Origin: Candidatus Heimdallarchaeota archaeon
Lineage (GTDB): Archaea; Asgardarchaeota; Heimdallarchaeia; Heimdallarchaeales; Heimdallarchaeaceae
Direction of reading: 5' to 3'
Assembly: GCA_018238545.1 (NCBI GenBank)
Contig: JABCTC010000018.1
Coordinates: forward strand, 6,310 to 70,309
Length of the DNA: 64,000 nucleotides
The first letter of the stretch is position 1; each line of letters begins with the position of its first letter. A program made the position numbers and the translations under genes. Shown piece by piece: positions 18,742-28,670 of this stretch. The notes beneath the pieces are model-generated. The model had not been told where the DNA came from and searched no databases. It was given only the letters and a program-made list of their open reading frames with translations.

Positions 18742-21700
18742 TCACTCCAGATTCCTTGGTTGGTATTTTGCAAAATTTCTTTTCATTGATATATAGTATA
18801 TCCCGAAAAATATCAGAGGTATGCCCAGAAACATGCAAAGTATTAGCACGTATGGGAAAGGCAGAGTATAAGGCAATATATCATAAGACAATTCAACTAA
18901 GATTGAATTGAAAGCTCTCTCTAGTCCATAACCTGCTAAAGCACCTAATAACAGCCCAGGTACTATTGCAGCCATGAAAAGCTCTATAGCAGAAACAAGA
19001 ATGATTTGCCGCGTTGAAATCCCTATTTTCTTTAAAGCATCGTGTTTTGTTATTCGTCTCTGAAGAATTTTAAGAGGATTACTTAGACTTGTGAATATAA
19101 TTGCTGCAAGACAGATAATTACACCAAACACAAATTCCGCTACTATCATGGAATAGAAGGGGAAGTATTGTAGTAGAGCAGCATCCGCTATCTCTTTAGA
19201 ACTTCGGACATCGAATCCATAATCATCCTCAATCTCCTTTGATAATTCGATATGGTCTGTTAAAGGTTTAACTTCTATAATAAGTCGATCAAGTGAAATC
19301 CCGAAGACAGAAAGCCTATCAAAGATATTCAAAAAGTTATCTTTTGTCATTACCAGATTATATGTATATGACTGTGCTTCTCTTAAATCTCCTACATCAT
19401 ATATTATTGGGAAGTAATCAAACACTCCTGTGATATTGAAGTCTATATCATCGGCCTCTTCTTTCCTGAAGGCATATGAATCTCCTTCAGCTGTATAGAG
19501 TATTGAGAAAGGTCTAGAAACCAACATCGTATTATCTTCCTGAAGGCTTTTGATATCCTGTCCCCAATCTTCATAGAGATTTTTCGAAGGCGTATAAGAC
19601 GTTGACAAATACGTCAGAGGGTCATCTATAATTAAGACTGACATAGTTGCAGTGCCATGACTGGCTGAAAACTGCGTAATGTTTACTAGATTAGCAATAC
19701 CATTGTAATCTGCCCTAAAATCATCCAGAGAGACATTTACTAGGTTCCAATTATTGATATAAAGATCTCCACCACCATAGAAATAAGCTTGATTCATAAC
19801 TTGATTTTGAATCCTCACTGGCGTTATTATGAATGGCAGTAATAATCCAATTAGTATGGTATATGTGAGGAAAGTGTTATTGAATAAATTGATATCTGAT
19901 CGCACTTCAACTAATGAGAATGATGTTATTGTTTTTCTTGCAGACCAGGAAATTTTACTAATTGCAATCATCAAAAGCTTGTGTAAATCTTTTAGAAGAA
20001 GACCCACTCCAAGTAGTAACACCATTATGCCTATCCCCATCAAATAAATGAATATCAAGGCGATTGCTTGTAAACCAAATACCATGAAATAGAAACCTAC
20101 GAAACTCATAAGGAATAAACCTATCCCAAAAATAATCCCTCCAACAAATATCAATAGGAAGTAATGTATTCTAAGTTGTTTGAGTAATTGTACCCACCTT
20201 CTTGGTGGTTTTACTTTTTTCTTATCCTTTCTTGCCAGAATTATTATTCTAGGGACAGATATTAGTATTAAAATTACAAAAGTTAAACTCATTGCAATCG
20301 GAAGACTAGTCAGATTGATAGAAGATATTTGAGCATTAAATGTTAGGAACGTGTCTACTTGTAACAAAATCGGTATGAGAATCATCATTAAACCAAAACC
20401 TAACAAAGTCGAAGCTAATGATTCAAAGAGTTTCATCATAGAGTAGGAGAAAGTAATAGTCCCCGTTGAGACACCTTTTGATCTCAGAATTTTTATTTCT
20501 TGCTCAAAACTATTCCCAAATAATTCGTTAATCTCGAAAACAAGGAACAGTGCTAGATATAATATGGGAATAGATAGAAACAAGATTAAGACTTGAGACA
20601 TCAAGAGAATAAGCTCAAGACCTTGAAATTCAATAATTAATTCATATCCTATGTTCCAACTACCTGATGTAGAGGATAATGGATAAGGTCCTTCAGCAAT
20701 TAATAATGTAATTTCCGTGATAAGGTTAGTTATTTCTTGAGCATCTGAATTTTCAAAATCATATACAAATTGTATAAATCCATATAGTTGTAAATGATAG
20801 CGAGTCATATTTTCAAAATTTTTGAGAAAATACTCCGTTGGAACTAAAAGAGAATTATCATAAACTAAGCTTCTTATAGTGTCAGAGGGAATATCTTGTA
20901 GTTCACATGCATTCTCAATTTGAGAATAAGAGGGTTGTTGATATAAGCCAACAACTTTAAACTCGATCGAATCGATATCAACGTCTCCAGGTGAGCTGGT
21001 TGCATTTATGGTTATTGCATCATTAAGTGATATTCCATATGTTAAAGCCATGTTAACTTCCAACAAAGTTTCGAGTGGAGCTGAGGGTAATCTGCCACTC
21101 TCTAGAAAACTTCCAATCACCGTTGAATAATTCGACATATATCCGATATAACTCAAATAGCTGATATCTTCATATGGTGATAAATGAAAGCCTACAACGC
21201 TTGTTGACAATCCATAGAAGTAATTTTCCACCAACCTGGGCAAGATTTGTGATTTTGACCGCATCCCATACATAACCTCATCTAGAGCTTGATCGGTTAT
21301 GTTCGGGTTTAATCTGTCAGCTTCCAGGCCTGAAAAAGATAATAGGTCTAGGTTAAAGGTCAGAGATGCCACATCATCATTCTCAAAATCTGCGTTTCTA
21401 GCGTATTCTACAAATAAATTGCTTGCTTTCGAATCATATAGAGTCATACTCGTAACAATTATTGATGCAAGTATTGTGAGACCAAGAAGGCTGATAATGA
21501 GCCTTTTCTTATTAGCTTTCCACAAAGAAAATATCACACTGAAGATATTAGTGAGATATAACCAAGAATTGATGAACACTAATTTAAATGTCGAAACATC
21601 TGGTTTAATAGGTCTTATAAGGAAATTCTTTAGTTTGACAAATCCCCTATTTATCCTTTTTCTGAAAATAAGATAAATTATTCCAAGAATCCCAGTTATA

Positions 21701-23040
21701 ATTACAAAAATATACCAATATCTAATCCAGAAATATACAAAATCGGAATAATTTACTAGGTCAAATATGTACGCAATAGTTGGAAGTTCAACATTTGTAT
21801 TTGTCTTAACATTTATTGACATTATATAACGTTGTTTGAAATTATATTCATCAAGCGTTGAAGATTCTATTAAAGAAGGGTAGCTCGCTATATATGTTCT
21901 ATTTTCAAAAAGTGTAATTGAAACCCTGTCATTTGAACCTTCATCCATGTATGAATAGTAGGACATAACATCTTCTATCATAAAGGAAAATAATGAAATT
22001 GTTTGATTGTCATCCTCAACTATTGAAATTTTATTTGATTGAGTATACCGATTGTATCCAGATGGACTAAATATTTCAACATAAAGTGTAGTAACAAATA
22101 AGAAGAAAGATGTGTTCTGATATGAGATCATTCTGAATTTCTCATAAGTATATATACCTAAATTGATAGAGAGAAAAGACTTCTTAGATATTGTATCATT
22201 CACAGAAAAAGAAACACTGTAAAATAGTTGAAACTCAAGCATCGCAAGATGGAATTTACCATCTTCACCAATAAATAACTGCACTCTATCATAATTACCT
22301 TCCATAACAAAAACTGTAGAATTATAATAGGAGAGATTACCGGTTATACCAGCAATAATAAGCGTTCTCACTGCAGTATAACTACTTTCATTATAATAAA
22401 AGACATCATAAAATGCGAACAATTCCTCATCAAGCATGTGCAGAGATACTAAATATACTGAAGTGAAAGGTAGAACAAATATTTTTTCAACAATTGTTCC
22501 ATTCAAATAAACTTTTGTTTGAGTAATTGAAGTTCCTGTGGTTTCTAGTTCACGAGAAAGAAGGTAAAAATAGTTATTACTAGGTATAATATCTACATTA
22601 ATATAAGCTGATCTACTAGTGAATACTTGCTTGAAATTGCTTCCATTCTCACTCCAACTAAACATCTCTATTACTGTGTTGTAAAAACCATCAGAAAAAG
22701 AGAAGAGAAGAACAACATTCTCGTCCATAGTATAGACCTTGAAGATGTAACCTGAAAATATATTCCTAAAAATTTCTACCATTTGATTATTGTAACTGTG
22801 AAAAATCACAAATGTGTTGTTCTCAAAGTCCTTCTTCACAAACACGTGTAATTGCCCCTCGCTGTCTACAACATTAGTAGAGGAAAATCTTGTAGAATAA
22901 ATATCTCCTGGGTCAGAAAGAAATATTGAAGTTTGTTGATCTACTGCATTCACAGAAGTAGCTATGAATGTAGACAAAAATAAGAAACAGAATAATATGG
23001 GTAATAACTTCTTCTTATTGAAACTAACCATAACCATCAA
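18742..23040 (-). CDS. ABC transporter permease, FtsX-like, 1432 aa, with large extracytoplasmic domains
   Basis: N-terminal signal/TM (LPILFCFLFLSTFIATSVNA), an extracellular region of about 450 aa, two clusters of TM helices, and a C-terminal FtsX-like 4-TM bundle. Co-oriented with and adjacent to the tandem-NBD ATPase. Confidence 0.8.
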   Translation of the reverse strand: MMVMVSFNKKKLLPILFCFLFLSTFIATSVNAVDQQTSIFLSDPGDIYSTRFSSTNVVDSEGQLHVFVKKDFENNTFVIFHSYNNQMVEIFRNIFSGYIFKVYTMDENVVLLFSFSDGFYNTVIEMFSWSENGSNFKQVFTSRSAYINVDIIPSNNYFYLLSRELETTGTSITQTKVYLNGTIVEKIFVLPFTSVYLVSLHMLDEELFAFYDVFYYNESSYTAVRTLIIAGITGNLSYYNSTVFVMEGNYDRVQLFIGEDGKFHLAMLEFQLFYSVSFSVNDTISKKSFLSINLGIYTYEKFRMISYQNTSFFLFVTTLYVEIFSPSGYNRYTQSNKISIVEDDNQTISLFSFMIEDVMSYYSYMDEGSNDRVSITLFENRTYIASYPSLIESSTLDEYNFKQRYIMSINVKTNTNVELPTIAYIFDLVNYSDFVYFWIRYWYIFVIITGILGIIYLIFRKRINRGFVKLKNFLIRPIKPDVSTFKLVFINSWLYLTNIFSVIFSLWKANKKRLIISLLGLTILASIIVTSMTLYDSKASNLFVEYARNADFENDDVASLTFNLDLLSFSGLEADRLNPNITDQALDEVMYGMRSKSQILPRLVENYFYGLSTSVVGFHLSPYEDISYLSYIGYMSNYSTVIGSFLESGRLPSAPLETLLEVNMALTYGISLNDAITINATSSPGDVDIDSIEFKVVGLYQQPSYSQIENACELQDIPSDTIRSLVYDNSLLVPTEYFLKNFENMTRYHLQLYGFIQFVYDFENSDAQEITNLITEITLLIAEGPYPLSSTSGSWNIGYELIIEFQGLELILLMSQVLILFLSIPILYLALFLVFEINELFGNSFEQEIKILRSKGVSTGTITFSYSMMKLFESLASTLLGFGLMMILIPILLQVDTFLTFNAQISSINLTSLPIAMSLTFVILILISVPRIIILARKDKKKVKPPRRWVQLLKQLRIHYFLLIFVGGIIFGIGLFLMSFVGFYFMVFGLQAIALIFIYLMGIGIMVLLLGVGLLLKDLHKLLMIAISKISWSARKTITSFSLVEVRSDINLFNNTFLTYTILIGLLLPFIITPVRIQNQVMNQAYFYGGGDLYINNWNLVNVSLDDFRADYNGIANLVNITQFSASHGTATMSVLIIDDPLTYLSTSYTPSKNLYEDWGQDIKSLQEDNTMLVSRPFSILYTAEGDSYAFRKEEADDIDFNITGVFDYFPIIYDVGDLREAQSYTYNLVMTKDNFLNIFDRLSVFGISLDRLIIEVKPLTDHIELSKEIEDDYGFDVRSSKEIADAALLQYFPFYSMIVAEFVFGVIICLAAIIFTSLSNPLKILQRRITKHDALKKIGISTRQIILVSAIELFMAAIVPGLLLGALAGYGLERAFNSILVELSYDILPYTLPFPYVLILCMFLGIPLIFFGIYYISMKRNFAKYQPRNLE

Positions 23041-23100
23041 ACTACAAAGATAATTATAAACCTAACCCAATACAGATTTCGCATTTTCATGATTAAGTTT

Positions 23101-23406
23101 TTACTCTTTCAAAAATAATTGCCATAACTTGTTAAACAACCATGACAGAGGTAATGCAAAAAAGCCTACAGTTACAACAAAAATTATAGATTGAATTACA
23201 GAATCCATCAATACATTCATTCTCACAAAATATCCTCCTATAAAAGTTGCACTTGCAAATACAAAAGATATTATAAAAAATGGCAAATTATCAAACCATT
23301 TTTTATGTTGAGCATCTAAAGCAGCATTGATATTTCTTGTCTCTTCCTTGAATTCTTCTTCTTTTGCTGCATCTGCTTGCTTAATAGTCTCTGGATTCTT
23401 AGTCAT
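23101..23406 (-). CDS. Small membrane protein (2 TM)
   Basis: 101 aa with two hydrophobic helices (FFIISFVFASATFIGGYFV; IIFVVTVGFFALPLSWLF). Confidence 0.4.
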   Translation of the reverse strand: MTKNPETIKQADAAKEEEFKEETRNINAALDAQHKKWFDNLPFFIISFVFASATFIGGYFVRMNVLMDSVIQSIIFVVTVGFFALPLSWLFNKLWQLFLKE

Positions 23407-23531
23407 TAGAGTTTGTCCACTTAAAACGATAATAAACTTATCGAAGAAACCAGAATAAATAGCATTGTAACATGGTAGAATTTTAGAAAAAGTTAAGTAA
23501 AGGATGTTTAACTTATCCTAAGCTGGGCTTA

Positions 23532-24569
23532 ATGGAATACGACAATAGTGTATTAGGTGTATTGAATTATAGACAATTTGAAAAGTTCTATGAGAGATTC
23601 AACCTTCTCCCTGATCAAATTAGAGCAAATTTCGATGGATGGAGAAAATTAGTACTTTACACAGAAGAATTGGTGTTTATGTTTCCAAGAGACCCTACGG
23701 GAATAGAATGGTTAGAAAAGGAAGCTTTAGCATATGAGATAATGGATGTTTACGATGATTTACCTGTTCCAAAACTAATCGAAAGAGTATCTGACAAAGA
23801 AATTTCCTATTATGACTTTCTTGTAGTTAGTAGAATAAAAGGGAGTGCTTATGCTAGGTTTGAAGAAGATGTTAATCTACAAGATGTCCGAAAAATGTTT
23901 CACAATTTAACTCAGATTATTCCTTTATGGCATGAAATTGTGCTTAAAGAAGATCAAATAGAAATGTTGAGAGAACCCACAAAAATAGTGAAGAACATTG
24001 GTCTTGACAACTGGCAACAAGCTGTTTTAAACACAGAACAAGTTGAAAATGCATTATTGTATCTACAAGGAGTATTAGAATACTGGGGAAAGAGATTTGA
24101 TTTTCTTTCAACAGATTTGTTAACTTCTAAAGACATGCTTCTTAAATGGTCCAGATGTCTATCTGAAATCGCTTCTCTGAAGCCAGTTTTTATTCATGGA
24201 GATATTCATGAAGATCAAATTCTTTTGGAATCTAAAGAGACAATGATAATAACGGGAATTATTGACTGGGAAACAGTAAAAGTTGCTAATCCTATCTGGG
24301 ATTTTGATTTTGGAGAATGGGGTCTCAAAATCTGGGAATGGAGAGAGTTCTTTTCTGAATTTAGAAGAGAGATGTGGGAGATATATTTATCTAAAAGAAA
24401 AATCGATTTAGAATCATTCGAAGGACTGGATTTATTCTATTCCATGAGTGAGTTACTCTGGGTTTTAAGGACGCCAGAAGAAGTATATTTCCCAATTACT
24501 GGTTTAGATTACGAAGGTTCGATACAATACTATCTAGAAAAACTTGTTAAAATCTCAGAAAAAATATAA
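23532..24569 (+). CDS. Phosphotransferase (APH/choline-kinase-like) family protein
   Basis: Brenner-type catalytic motif FIHGDIHEDQILL (HGDxxxxN-like) and IIDWETV (DFG-equivalent Asp), typical of the aminoglycoside phosphotransferase / CotS family. Confidence 0.65.
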   Translation: MEYDNSVLGVLNYRQFEKFYERFNLLPDQIRANFDGWRKLVLYTEELVFMFPRDPTGIEWLEKEALAYEIMDVYDDLPVPKLIERVSDKEISYYDFLVVSRIKGSAYARFEEDVNLQDVRKMFHNLTQIIPLWHEIVLKEDQIEMLREPTKIVKNIGLDNWQQAVLNTEQVENALLYLQGVLEYWGKRFDFLSTDLLTSKDMLLKWSRCLSEIASLKPVFIHGDIHEDQILLESKETMIITGIIDWETVKVANPIWDFDFGEWGLKIWEWREFFSEFRREMWEIYLSKRKIDLESFEGLDLFYSMSELLWVLRTPEEVYFPITGLDYEGSIQYYLEKLVKISEKI

Positions 24570-24598
24570 AGAAAAGGAGAGAAAGAAGCTCACCTGTG

Positions 24599-26761
24599 TT
24601 ATTTCTTATTTTTGTGTTTTTCACTAATTTGAAGGAGCATTTTCTTAAGATCCTCTGGGAAATCTTCACCAGTCATTTTCTTCATCCGTTTCATCATTGC
24701 TTTGATATCCTCTGGATTCAAATTTTTTGCTCGTTCTTTTAGATCTTCAATCATTTCTGGAGTTAAGCCTTTGCTAGATTGTTGTTTCATAGGAGACACA
24801 CCTTCCTTCTTCATCTTTTTCATTTCTCTCCTTGAAGGTTTCTTGCCTTTCATACTAGGCCCTTGTCCCATGACCATTTTATAAGCAGCACCCTTCTTAG
24901 TTTGAATATCTTTGTCAAGTGTTTCTATACCTAGATCTTCAGGTCTAATGGTTATGTCATCTAAACCTTGATGAACATAGTAAGTATTGTAGAGGTCGGC
25001 ATAGATACCTGCTGCTTTCATTAATTCGTTATGAGTTCCAACTTCCATTAGTTTGCCATGATCGAGAACCATTATTCTATCAGCATCTTTGATGGTAGAT
25101 AATCGGTGAGCTATAACGAATGTTGTTCTTCCTTTGAACAATTCTCTTTGAGCAGCTTGAACTAAAGATTCAGTATAAGCATCCAATCTGCTTGTGGCTT
25201 CATCAAGAACTAATATTCTAGGATCAGAAAGCATTGTTCGAGCAACTGTTATTATCTGTCTTTGTCCAGCAGATAATTTCTTGCCCCCTTCAACTACTTG
25301 AGTATCATAACCTTGAGGTAGAGCGGCAATAAATTCATCAGCGTTAATCCTCTTGCTTATTTTGTAAACATCTTCAACTGTAGCATCAGGTGCACCGTAG
25401 AGAATATTTTCCATTACTGTACCAGTAAATAGGAATGGTTCTTGAGTCACTAAACCAATAGCTTTTCTCAGTGATGATTGTGTAACTGATTTGATATCTT
25501 GTTTGCCTATTTTTATTGAGCCTTCGTTGACATCATAGAAGCGAGTTAGCAGTGAAGAAAACAGTGTGGTCTTTCCTGCACCAGTGTGGCCAACGACAGC
25601 TATCATTTCTCCAGGATTTGCAGTAAAATTGATATTTTTGAGAACATAAATTTCCTTTTCATATGCAAAACTCAAATTGTCTATTGTAATATGGTCGTCA
25701 TCTGTCAGAAGTTCTTTAGCATCTTCTACATCCGCTACAGCTGGTTTTGCTTCAAATATATCTATAATTCTATCCATAGCTCCCAGAGCTGATTCCAATT
25801 GTGGGAACATCATAGAAAGCATCACCATAGGAAACAGAAAAGCTTGCGATAATTGTATAGCAACATATATGTCTCCTATTCCTATAGAGGAAGATTGGTT
25901 TATCCACCCACTCATGTATATAATTGCGATGAACATTGCATAACTTAGAGCTGTCATAAATGGCATTACGAACATCATTAGAAAGCCAAATTTCCTAGAA
26001 TATTTGTAATGTTGCTGATTTAATTCTCTTAACTCTATTGCAAGTTCCTCTTCTCTATTGAATGCTTTAGCTATAGCTATTCCTTCTAATCCCTCAGCCA
26101 TCTTCCCTGAAACAATACCAAAAGCTCTTCTTACACCCAATACAATTTTCCTTGCAAAAAAGCTCAATGTTGCTGCTACTGCAAAAGCTATTGGAATAGC
26201 TGAAAGTGTAATCAATCCTATTATCCAATTAGTGACCATGAGTATGATGAAAGCAGAGACAATCACTAATATCTGAGAAACTACAGTAGTTGAGAGACGT
26301 AATGCTGTAGCTAGCTCTGTAGTATCTGAGTTTACTCTTGCTGTGATATTTCCTGATTGTTCATTTTTCAAGTAAGCCATATCAGAATAACTAAGTTTTT
26401 CATAAAGATCAGATCTAACTTCATGAAGCATTTTTGAATTCATCTTAGCTTGTAATCTAGTTGAAATTGAATTAATAACCCATCCAAAAACTGTCAAAAC
26501 TAAGAATGTAGCTGATAGGATAATTACTAGCCTAGTTGTATCAGAAGATACTGCTAAAGTATCTAATCCTGCACCAATGATTAACGGATTAATAATGGAT
26601 ATTACTGAATATAGTATAGAAATCAAAGCAACTAGAAGTATCATCCACAGATATTTCTTAATATATACACTTAAACTTCCTACTAAGACTCTTGTAGACC
26701 TCGCACGATCATGTTTATCTACTGCAAATCTCCTAGCACTTCTTCCAGTACCGTGACCCAT
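24599..26761 (-). CDS. ABC exporter half-transporter (TMD-NBD) with about 110-aa Lys/Met-rich C-terminal extension
   Basis: Six N-terminal TM helices, then an NBD with GHTGAGKTT, LSAGQRQII, LVLDEATSRLD and IAHRL. The C-terminal tail ...KKPSRREMKKMKKEG...KAMMKRMKKMTGEDFPEDLKKML...KHKNKK is unusual. The ATG overlaps the upstream stop by 1 nt (TAATG). Confidence 0.9.
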   Translation of the reverse strand: MGHGTGRSARRFAVDKHDRARSTRVLVGSLSVYIKKYLWMILLVALISILYSVISIINPLIIGAGLDTLAVSSDTTRLVIILSATFLVLTVFGWVINSISTRLQAKMNSKMLHEVRSDLYEKLSYSDMAYLKNEQSGNITARVNSDTTELATALRLSTTVVSQILVIVSAFIILMVTNWIIGLITLSAIPIAFAVAATLSFFARKIVLGVRRAFGIVSGKMAEGLEGIAIAKAFNREEELAIELRELNQQHYKYSRKFGFLMMFVMPFMTALSYAMFIAIIYMSGWINQSSSIGIGDIYVAIQLSQAFLFPMVMLSMMFPQLESALGAMDRIIDIFEAKPAVADVEDAKELLTDDDHITIDNLSFAYEKEIYVLKNINFTANPGEMIAVVGHTGAGKTTLFSSLLTRFYDVNEGSIKIGKQDIKSVTQSSLRKAIGLVTQEPFLFTGTVMENILYGAPDATVEDVYKISKRINADEFIAALPQGYDTQVVEGGKKLSAGQRQIITVARTMLSDPRILVLDEATSRLDAYTESLVQAAQRELFKGRTTFVIAHRLSTIKDADRIMVLDHGKLMEVGTHNELMKAAGIYADLYNTYYVHQGLDDITIRPEDLGIETLDKDIQTKKGAAYKMVMGQGPSMKGKKPSRREMKKMKKEGVSPMKQQSSKGLTPEMIEDLKERAKNLNPEDIKAMMKRMKKMTGEDFPEDLKKMLLQISEKHKNKK

Positions 26762-28611
26762 TAGACATTACCTCCTTTGGTAGTATCATTACAACCACTC
26801 GTCCCTACACCGTCTACCATAGGTAAGTGTTTACACATGAACTGATAATCTGGACACCTTTCAAGGAGTTCTTTATGAGTACCAATATCAACTATTTCAC
26901 CTTTTTTCATCAGGATTATTATATCTGCTGCAACAAGGGTTGTTAATCGTTGGGTAACAACTATACTAGTTCGATCTTTCATCAATTCCTCAATCGCATA
27001 TCTTAGACGAAGTTCTGTTTTGATATCAACTGCGCTGGTACTATCATCTAATAATAGTAGTTTTGGATCTGAAAGTAATGCTCGAGCAATTGCAATTCGT
27101 TGCTTTTGTCCTCCTGAGAGTGTTACACCTCTTTCTCCTATGATGGTTTCATACTTCTTTGGGAGAGATTCAATAAATTGTGCAATCTGAGCTCTTTCTG
27201 CAGCTCTCTGTATTTCAACATCTGTTGCGTCAGGTCTTGAGAATGAGATGTTTGCCTTAAGAGTATCCGAGAATAGAAAGATGTCTTGTTCAACCATGGT
27301 CACATTATCTCTTACGTAGCTAGTATGCATATCAGTTATGGTAGCACCATCTATCTCAATTCTTCCTTCTGTAGGATCATATAACCTCAAAAGTAGTTTT
27401 AGAATTGTCGACTTACCTGAACCAGGTCCCCCAATTAAAGCAACTCTCGCACCTGAAGGAATTGTAAATGAAACATTCTTCAGTACATGTTTTTCAGTTC
27501 CTGGATAAACAAAATTTACATCTTTAAAGCTAACTGCTTTTTCCCAATCAGCTTCTTGAGGTTCAACAGGTTGAGTTAAAGGATCGTCAAAATTCATTAC
27601 TTCCCACAATCTCTTGGAATTTTGTATTCCAGCTTGAAGATTTATTAAATGTGCAGGTATCATGAAGTTTTGTCTATTTAGATTCAGCAATAAAGTAAGA
27701 ATTGATATCAATATTGCTACGTCTCCAATAATAATTAGTCCATAAATAAAAGCACCTGCAGTAACTAATATTGTTAGAAGAGCTGGCCAATAAAAAGCAC
27801 TAAAATACCCCTCTCGCTTCATATCTGAAGCATATTTTTCACTTACAAGATCGAATTTTTCAATTTCCTTCTGATGATTGTCAAATGAACGAACAACATC
27901 AATTCCCTTAAACATTTCTTGAGATAGTGAAGATAAATCTCCTAAATCTGTTGCTAGTTTCTGTCTTATTGGTCCAACTCTTGCGGCATAAAGCCACGCA
28001 ATAATAAGATAAATTACGAATGTAGATCCTAGTACAACACCAATTATCCAGTTATATTCATAAACTAACCATGTTGTAATTCCAATAGTAAAGATTGAAC
28101 CCATTAACATTCGAATGGAAGGATGATATGCCATTCTTATCTGATTAATTTCATTCATTCCCATTGACAGAATAACTCCAGAATCGTTTACATCAAAAAA
28201 CGCCATAGAATGCTCTTGAATAATTTCGTAAAATTCTTGCCTCATGTCTCGTTGAACTTTGAAAGATGTATCAGCCCAGAGATAGATGTTAATGCTTAAA
28301 CAAACCCAGCTTATAATTACGAACGTAATCATCAACAAAATTGTTTCATTGAAGGCTACTGAAAATATAGGTAAACTCGCTTTGATATTATCCCTGATAA
28401 TACCAATAATATCACCCACAAGAGCTAATGTTTTTGCTGATGTGTAAGTACTGATTAATAGTACTATTGTTGCAATTATGTATTGGATTGGATATCTTTT
28501 AAATGCTGACCAGAACCATTGGTTCGCAGATTTGTACTTATTTAGTAATTCTTGTTGAATATCAGCATCATAATTGAGTCTGTTAGTTTCTTTCGATGAT
28601 TTCACTGCCAC
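26761..28611 (-). CDS. ABC exporter half-transporter (TMD-NBD), partner of 24599..26761
   Basis: TMD followed by an NBD with GGPGSGKST, LSGGQKQRIAIARAL, LLLDDSTSAVD and VTQRL. The Walker-B catalytic Glu is replaced (DDS), suggesting the degenerate site of a heterodimeric exporter. Confidence 0.9.
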   Translation of the reverse strand: MAVKSSKETNRLNYDADIQQELLNKYKSANQWFWSAFKRYPIQYIIATIVLLISTYTSAKTLALVGDIIGIIRDNIKASLPIFSVAFNETILLMITFVIISWVCLSINIYLWADTSFKVQRDMRQEFYEIIQEHSMAFFDVNDSGVILSMGMNEINQIRMAYHPSIRMLMGSIFTIGITTWLVYEYNWIIGVVLGSTFVIYLIIAWLYAARVGPIRQKLATDLGDLSSLSQEMFKGIDVVRSFDNHQKEIEKFDLVSEKYASDMKREGYFSAFYWPALLTILVTAGAFIYGLIIIGDVAILISILTLLLNLNRQNFMIPAHLINLQAGIQNSKRLWEVMNFDDPLTQPVEPQEADWEKAVSFKDVNFVYPGTEKHVLKNVSFTIPSGARVALIGGPGSGKSTILKLLLRLYDPTEGRIEIDGATITDMHTSYVRDNVTMVEQDIFLFSDTLKANISFSRPDATDVEIQRAAERAQIAQFIESLPKKYETIIGERGVTLSGGQKQRIAIARALLSDPKLLLLDDSTSAVDIKTELRLRYAIEELMKDRTSIVVTQRLTTLVAADIIILMKKGEIVDIGTHKELLERCPDYQFMCKHLPMVDGVGTSGCNDTTKGGNV

Positions 28612-28670
28612 GTTAATTTTCCTCCTAAGTTTTCTTTCAATTCTTTATAGTTTATACTCTTATTTGCCAT

